A DNA stretch of 64,000 nt. Origin: an uncultured delta proteobacterium (GTDB taxonomy: Bacteria; Desulfobacterota; Syntrophia; Syntrophales; UBA5619). The notes under the pieces are model-generated. The model saw nothing but the letters and a program-made list of their open reading frames with translations. It made no database searches and had not been told where the DNA came from. The position numbers and the translations under genes were made by a program. The first letter of the stretch is position 1; the number at the start of each line of letters is the position of its first letter. This document shows positions 10,615-20,925 of the stretch, one piece after another. The stretch is from positions 1 through 64,000 of the forward strand of contig CAWFOM010000031.1 of the NCBI GenBank assembly GCA_963817385.1. Direction: 5' to 3'.

Positions 10615-10757
10615 TCGTTGACCGGACTAATGACCGGATAGCACTCAAACGCGACTACCATCCGTCATTCTGCAGCGTAGCGCAAGCCCGTTGTCGCCCC
10701 GTCGGTGACCAAGGTCCGCTCAATGCATGAATTCTTTTGAGCCCAGCTTGTATAAGT

Positions 10758-10819
10758 GCGGGCGAGGACGCTCGCCCTACCAACTTTGCATAATTTACGG
10801 GTGGGCCGAAGGCCCATGA
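10758..10819 (+). repeat. Composite REP-like repeat, copy 1
   Basis: GCGGGCGAGGACGCTCGCCCTACC...CGGGTGGGCCGAAGGCCCATGA, similar to 15133-15196. Confidence 0.7.
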
Positions 10820-10973
10820 TGACTTCCCTGAACCAAAGCTGCGTGAGTTCATTTAGAGGATTATTTTGTGACAGAACGGTTGTGCTCTGGAAAATTATGA
10901 TTAAAGTGTCAAAAGGGGTAAGATTCTCATCACCTTGATAGTATCTCCCTTGCCAAATAACAGGGGGTCAGCG

Positions 10974-13900
10974 ATGGCTGGGAAAAAGCAGGAGACCACC
11001 GGCGCCCCGGATGCGCCCTTAGGGGCGGCGAAGCCCGGGAAAGACTCGAACCAACCTGCCAAGGCCAAGGCCGGCCGCAACCTGCGGAAACCCAAACCCG
11101 GGGCGCCGGAGCCCGCCTTAACCTCTCCCGCCGTCGCCGAGACGGGACCCGCCGGCCGCCAGCCGGGCAAAGAAGGCCACCCGGCCCCCAGTCCCCAGGT
11201 GGTGGGGATCGGCGCCTCCGCCGGCGGCCTGGAGGCCTTCACCGGGTTGCTGGAGAACCTGCCCATCGATACCGGGATGGCCTTTGTGCTGGTCCAGCAC
11301 ATGGCGCCCCGGCCCCACAGCCTGCTGCCCGAGATCCTCACCCGGGTGACCCGGATGCCGGTCATCGAAGTCAAAGACGGCCAGGAGGTCAAGCCCAACC
11401 ACGTGTATGTCAGCCCCCCGGAAGTTGTCATGTCCCTGAAAACCGGGATCCTGCACCTCACGGCCCGGGAGGAGCCCCGGGGGTTGCACCACCCCGTGGA
11501 TTACTTCCTCCAGTCGCTGGCGGCGGACCAGGGGGGCCGGGCCATCGGGGTGATCCTCTCGGGCACCGCCTCGGACGGCGTCAAGGGCATGAAGGACATT
11601 AAGGAGGTCGGCGGCATCACCTTCGCCCAGGACGAGGCCACCGCCAAATACACCGGCATGCCTCAGAGCGCCGTTGCCGCGGGCTGCGTGGATTTTGTCC
11701 TGCCCCCGGCGCTGATTGCCCAAGAACTGGCCCGCCTCGCCCGTCATCCCTTCGGGCGTCCGGCTCCCCCGCCCCCGGTCCCGGAAATGTCTCTGGAAGA
11801 AGAGGGGACGGAGTTCAACCGGATTCTGGCCCTGCTCAAGGCCGAAACCGGCGTGGACTTCACCCACTACAAGCACAGCACCATCAAGCGCCGTATCCTG
11901 CGGCGCCAGGCCCTGGACCGGGTGGAGAGCCTGGCGGATTACGTCACGTATTTGGAGGCGCATCGCCCCGAGGTAAAAAAACTCTATGAGGATATCCTCA
12001 TCAACGTCACCGGCTTCTTCCGGGAGCCGGAGGCCTTTGAGGCCCTGAAGGACCTGGTGTTTCCGGCCATCACCCGGGAGCGCTCCCTGGACGATCCCAT
12101 CCGCATCTGGGTGCCGGGGTGCGCCAGCGGCGAGGAAGCCTATTCCATCGCCATCAGCCTGCTGGAGTTTCTGGGGGACATGTCCGCCAACTTCCCGGTG
12201 CAGGTCTTCGCCACGGATGTCGATGACCAGGTTATCAGGCAGGCCCGGGCGGGCTTCTATACCGAGGCGGCGCTGGCGGACGTCTCCCCGGAGCGGCTGC
12301 GGCGCTTCTTCGTCAAAGGGTCCGGGGGCTATCAGGTGAGCAAAACCATCCGGGAAATGTGCGTCTTTGCCCGGCAGAACCTCATCAAGGACCCGCCGTT
12401 TTCCCACCTGGACTTGATCAGCTGCCGCAATGTGCTGATCTATTTCGGTCCGGTGCTGCAAAAAATGGTGATCCCCATCTTCCATTTTGCCCTCAAGCCC
12501 AACGGTTTTCTCCTCCTGGGCAAATCCGAGGCCCTGGGCTCCTTCATGGACCTTTTTTCTCTGGTGGACAAGCGGTACAAGATCTACGCCCAGAAGAGCC
12601 TCCGTGGGCCCCGGGCTGCGGCGGCCTTGGCCCCGGACCATCCTTCCCGGGCCCTGGTCGCCGGTTCGGGGCCGGAGAAGGCCAGAGATCTGGGCGCCAG
12701 TGTCCCCGACCTGCTCCGGGAGGCTGACCGCCTCGTCCTGGCCCGCTATGCCCCGGCGGGAGTCATTATCGATGAAACTATGAAGATCGTGCATTTTCGG
12801 GGACAGACCGGCGCTTTCCTGGAGCCGGCCCCGGGGGAGGCCAGCCTCAACCTCCTGAGGATGGCCCGGGAAGACCTGGGTAGGGAGATCAGGGCCGCAG
12901 TGCAGGCCGCGATCCAGGGAAATTCCCCGGTGCGCAAGGAAGGGGTGCGCCTGCGGGAGGATGGCGGGGTGCGGCGGGTCAACCTGGAAGTCGTGCCTCT
13001 CCGGTCGGCCGCCGAGGGGCCCAGGTTTTTTCAGGTGCTGTTTGAAGCCGCGACCACCGCCACCGGCCCCGAGCCGGCCCCTACCGGGGAGAAGCCAGGC
13101 CCGCTCAGGCCGGCGCCCCCCCAAGGAACAACGCCTCCGGGAACTGGAGGAAGAACTGGCGGCCACCAAGGAATACCTCCAGGCGGTCATGGAGGAGCAG
13201 GGAACCCATCTGGAGGAGCTGCAGAGCAGCAATGAAGAACTCATGTCCGCCAACGAGGAACTGCAGAGCCTCAACGAGGAGATGGAGACCTCCAAGGAGG
13301 AACTCCAGTCCACCAATGAAGAGCTGGCCACGCTCAACGAAGAGCTGGAAAACCGCAACCAGGAATTGACCCGGGCCAACAATGACCTGTACAACCTCCT
13401 GGGGGCGGTGCAGATCGCCATCGTCATGCTGGGCCCGGACCTGCGCATCCGGCGGTTCAATCCCACGGCCCAGGAGATGCTCAACCTGATCCCCGGGGAC
13501 GTGGGCCGCCCCATCAGCGACCTCAAGCTGCCCCTGGAGGTGGACGATCTGAAGGGGCTCCTCACCGAGGTCATGGACCAGCTGGCGGTCAAGGAAGTGG
13601 AGGTGCGCAACCGGCAGGGCCGCTGGTATTCCCTGCGCCTGAAGCCCTACCGCACCCTGGACCAGCGCATCGACGGGGTGGTGCTGGCCCTGGTGGACAT
13701 TGACGCCCTGAAGCGGAGCCTGGAGGAGGTGGAAGAAGCCCGGAACTACGCCCAGGGCATCGTCGAGACCCTGCGGGAACCCTTGCTGGTGTTGAACGGC
13801 AACCTCAGAGTGATCTCGGCCAACAGCGCTTTTTACCAGTTCTTCAAGGGTGTCCCCCAGGAGACCGAAAACCGTTTGATCTATGAACTGGGGGACCGCC

Positions 13901-14911
13901 AGTGGGACATCCCGGCCCTCCGGAACCTGCTGGAGGAGATCTTGCCTAAGGACAGCGTCTTCCAGGACTTTGTGGTGGACGCCGACTTCCCCATCATCGG
14001 CCGCCGCACCATGCTCCTCAACGCCCGGCGCCTGCATCGGGAAAGGGGACATGAGGATCTCATCCTCCTGGCCCTGGAAGACATTACCGTCCGCCAAGAG
14101 ATGGAAAACGCTGTTAAAGCAGTCGGGACAGAGGCTTCAGGACCTCAACGCCGAACTGATGAACGCCCAGGAATCCGAGCAGGCCGTGTCCCTGGCCCTG
14201 CACGAGGAACTGGCCCAGAACCTGGTGACCTTGAAACTCAAGCTGGGGGAGATTAAAAAGCATCTCCCCTCTGACCAGCCAGGGGCCAAAGGCGCCCTGG
14301 ATCAGGCCATACACGGCATTGACGCCCTGGTGGAGGGGGCCCGGGAGCTTTCTCAAGGCTTGCGTCCCCGGGTCCTGGACCTGGGCCTGGCCCCGGCGAT
14401 TCGAGACCTGGTGGCCCACTTCACGCAGTATTTCCAAATTAATACGAATCTCCGGGTTCCGAAGCTCGACGAGCTGTTCACGCCGCCAACCCAGGTGATG
14501 ATCTACCGGGTCTTGCAGGAGGCCCTGGTTAACGTGGTCAAGCACGCCCAGGCCACCCGGGTCGAACTCAACGTCGACAAACTGGATGGGGAAGTCCGGT
14601 TTCAGGTGGTTGATAACGGCATCGGGTTCCAGATGGGCAAGTGCATCGGGGTGGGGGTGGGCCAGCAGATCAAACCGGCGCCGGAAAAGGCCTGGCTGGT
14701 GGGCGGCGTGCCGTTCCTGGTGACGGAGAACGGCAAGGGGTTCAAGGTGGTGCCCGAGGTCCTGGGGGTGGATGCCGCCCGCCGGATGGGACTGGCGCTG
14801 ATCGAAGGGCGCCTCCGGCTCCTGGGGGGCTCCTTTACCATCACCAGCGAAGCCGGCGTGGGCACCAGAATTGACATCACCATTCCCGCGGATAAGGACC
14901 GGGCGGTTTAA
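10974..14911 (+). CDS. CheB-CheR-PAS-histidine kinase (HisKA_3/HATPase) fusion, frameshifts near 13100 and 14116
   Basis: VVGIGASAGGLEA, VQH, LSGTASDG (CheB). INVTGFFRE, IWVPGCASGEEAYS, DLISCRNVLIY (CheR). NEELQS coiled coil, PAS, LHEELAQ, QEALVNVVKHA, DNGIG. Confidence 0.9.
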
Positions 14912-14964
14912 AATTATTTCTGCCGATTTCTCCTTACCCTGTCCGGAAAAGTTCTTTAACGTTA

Positions 14965-15196
14965 GTGGCACAGGCGTCCCAGCCTGTGCTCCATAAGTTA
15001 CCGGTAGGGCGGGACACTGCCCGCCATCCTTCATTATCCGTGCGGTGGCCTGAAAAGTCTATGGTGGCATGTCCGGCATCTTACCGAGTGACGGCGCACA
15101 GGCTGGATAGCCTGTGACCATGCAACATGGCGGCGGGCGAGGACGCCCGCCCACCAGATCTTTTCATGCATTTGCGGGTGGTCCGAAGGCCCATGA
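14965..15196. repeat. Cluster of REP-like palindromes including composite repeat copy 2
   Basis: GCACAGGCGTCCCAGCCTGTGC, GTAGGGCGGGACACTGCCCGCC, CACAGGCTGGATAGCCTGTG, and GCGGGCGAGGACGCCCGCCCACC..GGTCCGAAGGCCCATGA. Confidence 0.75.
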
Positions 15197-15296
15197 ATGA
15201 CTGTCCGGCCAAATTAGCGATTGACGGCCGCGGCGGGGCGATATACTTTGACGATGCAACACCATGATATCTGACCTGAAGCGATCATCCAAACCC

Positions 15297-16940
15297 ATGA
15301 AGATCACCCTGGCCCAACTCAATCCCGTGGTGGGGGACGTGCGCGGCAATCTGCAAAAAATTGCCGCCACCCTGGCGGCCGAGCATCGAACCTCCGACCT
15401 GGTGGTCTTCTCCGAGCTTTTTCTGGTGGGCTATCCGCCCCGGGACCTCTTGGAGAAGCCGGGCCTCATTCGCCAGGTCCAGGAGGCCCTGGAACACCTG
15501 GTGGATCTGTCGGCCCGGTATCCCGCCACCGGGATCCTGGTGGGGGCGCCGCAGCCCACCGGCCGGGACACCGGCAAAGGCCTGTGCAACTGTGCGGTGT
15601 TGATCCACCAGGGACAGGTGCGGCTGCGCCAGGCCAAATCGCTTTTGCCCACCTACGACGTCTTCGACGAGACCCGGCACTTCGATCCCGCCGGGGAGGT
15701 AATGGTCCTCCCCTTTAAAGACGAGATCCTGGGGATCTCCATCTGCGAAGACGCCTGGTACGATCCGGAGCTGTGGTTCAGGCGCCTCTATCCCCTGGAC
15801 CCCATCCAGACCCAGGCCGAGCGCGGCGCCACGGTGCTCATCAATATTTCCGCCTCGCCCTTCCAGGTGGGCAAAGAGGAAGTGCGCCACCGGCTGTTCC
15901 AGTCCCACGCCCGGAAATACGGGATTCCCCTGGTCTATGTGAACCAGGTGGGGGGTAACGATGAGCTCATCTTTGACGGCCGCAGCCAGGCCCTGGACCG
16001 GGCGGGGGAGGCCATCGCGGTGCTGCCGGGATTTCGGGAAGCGGTGGTCACGGTGGACCTGGCGCAGGCCGGCGCCCCGGGCCGGTACCGGCCCCAGGAG
16101 AGAATCGCCACGGTGCACGAGGCCCTGGTCCTGGGCCTGAGGGATTACCTGGGCAAGTGCGGCTTCAAGCAAGCCGTCATGGGCCTGTCCGGCGGGGTGG
16201 ATTCCGCGGTTACCTGCTGCCTGGCCGCCGCGGCCCTGGGCCGGGAAAACGTTTTGGGGGTGTTGATGCCCTCGCCCTACACCTCCCGGGACAGCATCGA
16301 CGACTCCCTCGTCCTGGCCCGCAACCTGGGAGTGGAAACCAGGCTCATTCCCATCACCCCCATTTACGAGAGCTACCGGAAGGCCTTAGAGGGGCCCCTT
16401 AAACTGGGGGAGATCGAACTCACCCTGGAAAATATCCAGGCCCGCATCCGGGGCAACATCCTCATGGCCATCTCCAACAAAGAGGGCCACATGGTCCTGT
16501 CCACCGGGAACAAGAGCGAGCTGGCGGTGGGCTACTGCACCCTGTACGGGGATATGAGCGGCGGGCTCGGGGTCCTGGCGGACGTGCCCAAGACCATGGT
16601 CTATGAACTGGCCGCCTACCTCAACCGGGACCGGGAGATCATCCCGGCCCAGATCATCCGCAAGGCCCCCTCGGCGGAGCTGCGTCCGGACCAGACGGAC
16701 CAGGACACCCTGCCGCCGTATGACCTCCTGGACCGGATCATGAATTATTACCTCACCGAGGGCTGCGCCTACGAGGACATCGTCAAGCTGGGGTTTGAGC
16801 CTGAAACCGTGCAGTGGGTGATCCGCACCATCGACAAAAATGAGTACAAGCGGCGGCAGGCGGCCCCGGGCCTGAAGATCACCTCCAAGGCCTTCGGCAT
16901 GGGACGGCGCATCCCCATTGCCGCCAAGTTCGAGCTGTAA
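15297..16940 (+). CDS. nadE: Glutamine-dependent NAD+ synthetase
   Basis: Nitrilase-type domain (AQLN..GD, FSEL..GYPP, K.LLPTYDVFDE, ICEDAW) plus synthetase (GLSGGVDS, ENIQARIRG, TGNKSE, APSAELRPDQ). Confidence 0.96.
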   Translation: MKITLAQLNPVVGDVRGNLQKIAATLAAEHRTSDLVVFSELFLVGYPPRDLLEKPGLIRQVQEALEHLVDLSARYPATGILVGAPQPTGRDTGKGLCNCAVLIHQGQVRLRQAKSLLPTYDVFDETRHFDPAGEVMVLPFKDEILGISICEDAWYDPELWFRRLYPLDPIQTQAERGATVLINISASPFQVGKEEVRHRLFQSHARKYGIPLVYVNQVGGNDELIFDGRSQALDRAGEAIAVLPGFREAVVTVDLAQAGAPGRYRPQERIATVHEALVLGLRDYLGKCGFKQAVMGLSGGVDSAVTCCLAAAALGRENVLGVLMPSPYTSRDSIDDSLVLARNLGVETRLIPITPIYESYRKALEGPLKLGEIELTLENIQARIRGNILMAISNKEGHMVLSTGNKSELAVGYCTLYGDMSGGLGVLADVPKTMVYELAAYLNRDREIIPAQIIRKAPSAELRPDQTDQDTLPPYDLLDRIMNYYLTEGCAYEDIVKLGFEPETVQWVIRTIDKNEYKRRQAAPGLKITSKAFGMGRRIPIAAKFEL

Positions 16941-17007
16941 TCTTTCCCAGGCGGCGGTGGGGGAACGGCGGGGCGGTGCGCCCCCAGCTTCCCCCTCGCC
17001 TCTCCCC

Positions 17008-17035
17008 GCAGGGGCGGACCTGCGTGTCCGCCCTT
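17008..17035. repeat. REP-like palindrome
   Basis: GCAGGGGCGGAC-ctgcgt-GTCCGCCCTT between convergent genes. Confidence 0.55.
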
Positions 17036-17537
17036 ATGACCGGTTCGAAATAACCCCAGCGCTTACATTACCTTGGGCGGCTTGGCCGGGGTTCCTCGGG
17101 CCGGGCGGGGCTGGGCGCGGCTCCGGGGGAGCCTGGGCCGGCGGGGCGGTGGGCGGAATGTCGATGATTTTCGCCTTGGGGGACGGCGTGGACCCCGCGG
17201 GGGCCGCCGGCGCCTCCCCGGCTGTTTTCACGGTCTTGAAATAGGCCGGATCGACCTGATAAAACACCTCGGGCACCTTCACCACCGACTTCCAGGGTCC
17301 TTCAGGGGCAGAGCCCCGATAAAAGTAGTTTTCCCAGAAAAAATAATATTTACCGCCATAGCGGAAAACGTCGGTGGGGAGGTTGGGGGCCCAGGAGACC
17401 TGGGGCGCCCCGGGGACCCGGGTCCACTGGGGTTTGACGCCGGGCGGCACCGGATTGATGCGAATGTCCTGGGCCCCGAAGGCCTCAGGGGCCGCTACCA
17501 GCGCCAATATTGTCAAGAGCAGGAGCAAACGCCGCAT
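17034..17537 (-). CDS. Hypothetical secreted protein with aromatic-rich core and Pro-rich tail
   Basis: Signal peptide MRRLLLLLTILALVAAPEAFGA, GAGGAG RBS, DVFRYGGKYYFFWENYFYRG..GPW. Confidence 0.7.
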   Translation of the reverse strand: MRRLLLLLTILALVAAPEAFGAQDIRINPVPPGVKPQWTRVPGAPQVSWAPNLPTDVFRYGGKYYFFWENYFYRGSAPEGPWKSVVKVPEVFYQVDPAYFKTVKTAGEAPAAPAGSTPSPKAKIIDIPPTAPPAQAPPEPRPAPPGPRNPGQAAQGNVSAGVISNRS

Positions 17538-17704
17538 CGTAAAATCTCCTCGGTGTGGTGGTCAAGGCCGGGCCGCTGAGGGTCCCTGCCCTTAATACCG
17601 TGTGCCGAATTATCCAATGCACCGCCAATGCCGACCAGAAAACCAGGCAGTTGCCGGTGCAACTGCGGTGAGCCGGACGGGCGGCGTGGCGGTGCCTCCC
17701 GCCT

Positions 17705-18421
17705 TCAGGCGGGAATGCTCTTCTGCCGGCCCACGGCCAGGTCGTGCAGGGGGATGAGGATGTCCGCCACCTCTTTGACCCGCCGGGCGCTCTCATAGGC
17801 GTCGATGACATTGATGTGGACCCCCGAAGGAATGGGCGGCCCCGAGGCGGGGAAGTTCACTTCGTTGCAGCAAAACCCGGTGATCACCGCCTGGCCGGCC
17901 CGGGTGTTGACCACCACGGACTGGCCCCCCACCGTGTGCCCGGGGGTGAGGAGCACCCGGATGCCGTCCACGATCTGGGCATCCCCGTCCACCTGCACCA
18001 CCTCCACGTCATCCAGGAGGTCGGGGAAGTAGCGGTGGTCCACCGGGTGGGGCGCTTTAAAAAATTCGTACTCCTTCTTCTGGACGTAGACCCGGGCGTT
18101 GGTGCACTTGTAGTCGTTTTCGCAGTGGTCGTTGTGCAGGTGGGTGTGGATGATGATGTCGATGTCTTCCGGCTTGAGGCCGAAGGTGTCCAGGGCCGCT
18201 TCGAACTCCTGGATCTTCAGGCCGTACTGCTCCCCCACCTCGGGGGGCACCATGAACTGCTCCAGGCCCGTGTCCACCAGGATCTTCTCCGGCCCCCCCT
18301 CCAGGTAAAACACGTAGATGGGTATCCAGATGCGTTTGCCGTAGCCCTTAAGATAGGTCATGACGCCCTGATCCGTTTCGTTGGCCCCCACCACCAGGGG
18401 GTGGATGACATATTCTTGCAT
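17705..18421 (-). CDS. N-acyl homoserine lactonase-family metallo-beta-lactamase-fold hydrolase
   Basis: LVDTG, HTHLHNDH, TPGHTVG, C-terminal IPLHD. AAGGAG RBS. Confidence 0.85.
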   Translation of the reverse strand: MQEYVIHPLVVGANETDQGVMTYLKGYGKRIWIPIYVFYLEGGPEKILVDTGLEQFMVPPEVGEQYGLKIQEFEAALDTFGLKPEDIDIIIHTHLHNDHCENDYKCTNARVYVQKKEYEFFKAPHPVDHRYFPDLLDDVEVVQVDGDAQIVDGIRVLLTPGHTVGGQSVVVNTRAGQAVITGFCCNEVNFPASGPPIPSGVHINVIDAYESARRVKEVADILIPLHDLAVGRQKSIPA

Positions 18422-18933
18422 GGCGCTCTCCTTGGGTGATGCTGGTTGATGAAAATATTATATGCCCAAAGCTAAAATATTTTTACTATCTTTTGAAAGG
18501 AAGTTCATTAAGCAGGGGCGGGGGTCGGGGTCAGGGACCCGAGGCTCCGAGGCTGGTGAAGGTCGGGAGGGGAGCATTTCACTTCCCGTTGCCCAGCTCC
18601 TGCCGGGGAACCGGAAAAAGGTCTTATCGAAGACCGATAGGCAATGGACCCGGTTAATTCAGGCAATCTTAGGTCAAGCTGTTAATGAAAGGCACCGCAC
18701 GCGGCGCCAGTTCCATAACTCACATGATATTATTCAAAAGGTTGTTTTTTATAGAAATCTATAGGTACTTTTACCTAACCGGGATTAGGTAGTTTGGCCC
18801 ATTTACTTTGGGTGGCTTAATGATAATTATGAGATTAACCACAAATGTTGGGGGACGCAGTCGCACCAGATTGATTTTCCGGGGCACCAGCACCCATCGC
18901 CCCATGAAGTTTAAACGACAAGGAGGTAGAGCC

Positions 18934-19152
18934 ATGGTCCTCGGTATCTTTATCGGCGGCATTTTCCTGGGATTTTCTGTGGGCTTCGCGACCATGGCGC
19001 TGGTGGCCGCCAGGGGCCTTCGCCTCCAAGGCGAAGAGGCGCAAGAGATCGGGGATTATCCTGCTTGCGCCTACACTCCCATTCGCAAGTTTAGCCCTTC
19101 GCTAAGGGCCAGGCCACAGGCCTCCGGAGTTTTGCTGACCCCCGGGCCTTAA
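18934..19152 (+). CDS. Small hypothetical protein with N-terminal TM helix
   Basis: Strong AAGGAGGT RBS before ATG, MVLGIFIGGIFLGFSVGFATMALVAA. Confidence 0.55.
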   Translation: MVLGIFIGGIFLGFSVGFATMALVAARGLRLQGEEAQEIGDYPACAYTPIRKFSPSLRARPQASGVLLTPGP

Positions 19153-19258
19153 AAGGGGAGGGGCCCACGCCTGGGCCTCCGGGCTTCGCAGGTAAGTCTC
19201 GGCTTCACCGCCCTAGTCCTCGCCCTGAACGCCGCACCGCCGCGTCAGGACTGACCGG

Positions 19259-19531
19259 CTAGCAGAGCCAGCAGCCCTGCTCCCGGACCTCCTCGTACCA
19301 CTTGACCAGCAGTTGGCGCATCTTCGGTTTGTCCACCATCAGGAGCCGGCGCACCCCGGCCATGTCAATGAACCCGCCGAAATAGGCGAACTTCACCAGG
19401 CCCTCGAGGTTTTCCGGGGAGAATTGCCGGGCCCGTTCCGGCACCCGCTCCCACATCTCCTCGGCCTCAATGATGGACCTCACCTGACGGAAATGGCCCT
19501 CAAGCTGAGCGGCCCGTTCTTCCGGGGTCAC
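19259..19531 (-). CDS. Hypothetical 90-aa protein ending in CWLC
   Basis: GTG start 3 nt after the protease stop, host-like codon use. Confidence 0.7.
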   Translation of the reverse strand: MTPEERAAQLEGHFRQVRSIIEAEEMWERVPERARQFSPENLEGLVKFAYFGGFIDMAGVRRLLMVDKPKMRQLLVKWYEEVREQGCWLC

Positions 19532-19534
19532 GGC

Positions 19535-20323
19535 TCACTTCATCCAGGGGGCGATGATCTGCCGGGCGACGTTGATGGGGATGGCGAAGCCGATGCCCTG
19601 GCCCTGGGCGGAGATCATGGAGTTGATGCCCACCACCTGGCCGTTGATGTCCAGCAAAGGCCCGCCGCTGTTGCCGGGGTTGATGGAGGCGTCCGTCTGG
19701 ATGAAGTCGCCGTAAGTCCCCTGGCCCAAGCCCCGGCGGCCGGTGGCGCTGATGATGCCCACGGTCATGGTCTTTTCCAGCCCGAAGGGGCTGCCGATGG
19801 CAATGGCCCACTGCCCTACCCGGATCTGGGTAGAATCCCCCAGTCTTGCCGATCTCAGGCCCGTGACCGGCACCTGGACCAGGGCAATATCAAACCGGGG
19901 GTCGGCGCCCACCAACCGTCCCGTCACTTCCCGGCCGTCGTTCAGGTGCACCTGGAGCTGCTGGGACCCGGCCACTACGTGGTTGTTGGTGAGGATGTAG
20001 CCCCGGGGGTCGATGATGACGCCGGAGCCCTGGCCCACCATGCGCTTCCGGACGGGCTGGCCGCCCATCTCCCGGAACATGCCCTCAAAGGGCGTGCCCC
20101 GGAAAAAATCGTCCGGGGGGCCGTAAGGCTGCACCGTCACCACTCGGATGGCCTTGAGGCTCACCACCGACGGCATCACCTGTTCGGCTACCCGGATGAA
20201 GTCATCTTGCAGCCCCAAGGCGGTGGCGCCCAGGGCCGGGTGCGGGGCCGGCGGGCAGGTGGCGAGCAGCAGGAGCGCCGCCAAACCCAAAGCCAGCCCT
20301 AATGGTCTTAAATGCAGGCGCAT
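19535..20323 (-). CDS. HtrA/DegP-type trypsin-like serine protease without PDZ domain
   Basis: Signal peptide, GSGVIID, TNNHVV, DIAL, AIGSPFGL, IQTDASINPGNSGGPL. Ends at FAIPINVARQIIAPWMK. Confidence 0.9.
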   Translation of the reverse strand: MRLHLRPLGLALGLAALLLLATCPPAPHPALGATALGLQDDFIRVAEQVMPSVVSLKAIRVVTVQPYGPPDDFFRGTPFEGMFREMGGQPVRKRMVGQGSGVIIDPRGYILTNNHVVAGSQQLQVHLNDGREVTGRLVGADPRFDIALVQVPVTGLRSARLGDSTQIRVGQWAIAIGSPFGLEKTMTVGIISATGRRGLGQGTYGDFIQTDASINPGNSGGPLLDINGQVVGINSMISAQGQGIGFAIPINVARQIIAPWMK

Positions 20324-20352
20324 GAAGTCCTCCAGTAAGTCGCGTTATCTTA

Positions 20353-20534
20353 ATAGCATTTGCCATAAATTCATTCCACTTGCTGATTTTTAAATCCCCC
20401 TAAATCCCCCTTTTCCAAAGGGGGACTTTAAAAGCAATTCCTTGTAGTTCCCCCCCTTTGCCAAAGGGGGGTTAGGGGGGATTTTGGTTTTTAGAGCATG
20501 TGCCATAACGGAAAGAACTTTTGGCGTTCGCTAT
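20353..20534. mobile_element. MITE-like element with CCCCCTTT..AAAGGGGG hairpins
   Basis: Imperfect terminal IRs at 20353-20372 and 20515-20534 (14/20). Internal hairpins are of the same family as those at 7670-7735. Confidence 0.6.
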
Positions 20535-20600
20535 AAATGACGTCCGGGCCTGGTTGCCTCAGGTCACCGCCGCCGCCTGATTTTCCTGCCGGCCCGCCCG

Positions 20601-20925
20601 CTAGATCAGGAGCAGCGGGGGCGTCGGTTCAGATTCCGGGGCCGGGCCGATGACGTTAAGGACCTCCAGCCGGGATCATGCTGTCGGCCAGGGCCATGAA
20701 CGGCAACCCCTGGGCGAATTCTTCGGCACCGCCAGGCCCGAAATGCCGCACCCCGGCATCGCCGCCGATGGCGAGAGCCACCGCCGGGGCCGTGAGCTCA
20801 TGCCGGGTCCAAAAGATCTTGAGGTCGCACGATTCGCCGGGGGCGGAACCCGACCAGCCCACCAGGGTGCGGACCTCCCCATCGGGATACTCAAGGGTCA
20901 GGGCCGGACCCCGCCAGATGGGGAT
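20601..20925 (-). pseudogene. 3' fragment of a hypothetical gene truncated at the compositional junction
   Basis: GC-rich frame IWRGPALTLEYPDGEVRTLVGWSG..FMALADSMIP(fs)..PPLLLI*. A TGA near 20927 precedes it with no start codon. Confidence 0.55.

Noticed and set aside
13210..13350. Tandem repeats encoding NEELQS
   Set aside because: This is the normal heptad coiled coil of CheB-CheR fusion proteins.
11118..13610. Long antisense ORFs (also 35775-38027, 39603-41378, 56747-58681, 58933-60606)
   Set aside because: Shadows of well-supported genes on the opposite strand in GC-rich DNA, with no recognisable motifs.
18440..18930. Riboswitch or ncRNA in the long AT-rich intergenic region
   Set aside because: No recognisable consensus by eye. 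An Rfam search would be needed.
8399..20534. CRISPR array from the palindromic repeats
   Set aside because: The repeats are dispersed or doublets, lack regular unique spacers, and no cas genes are present.
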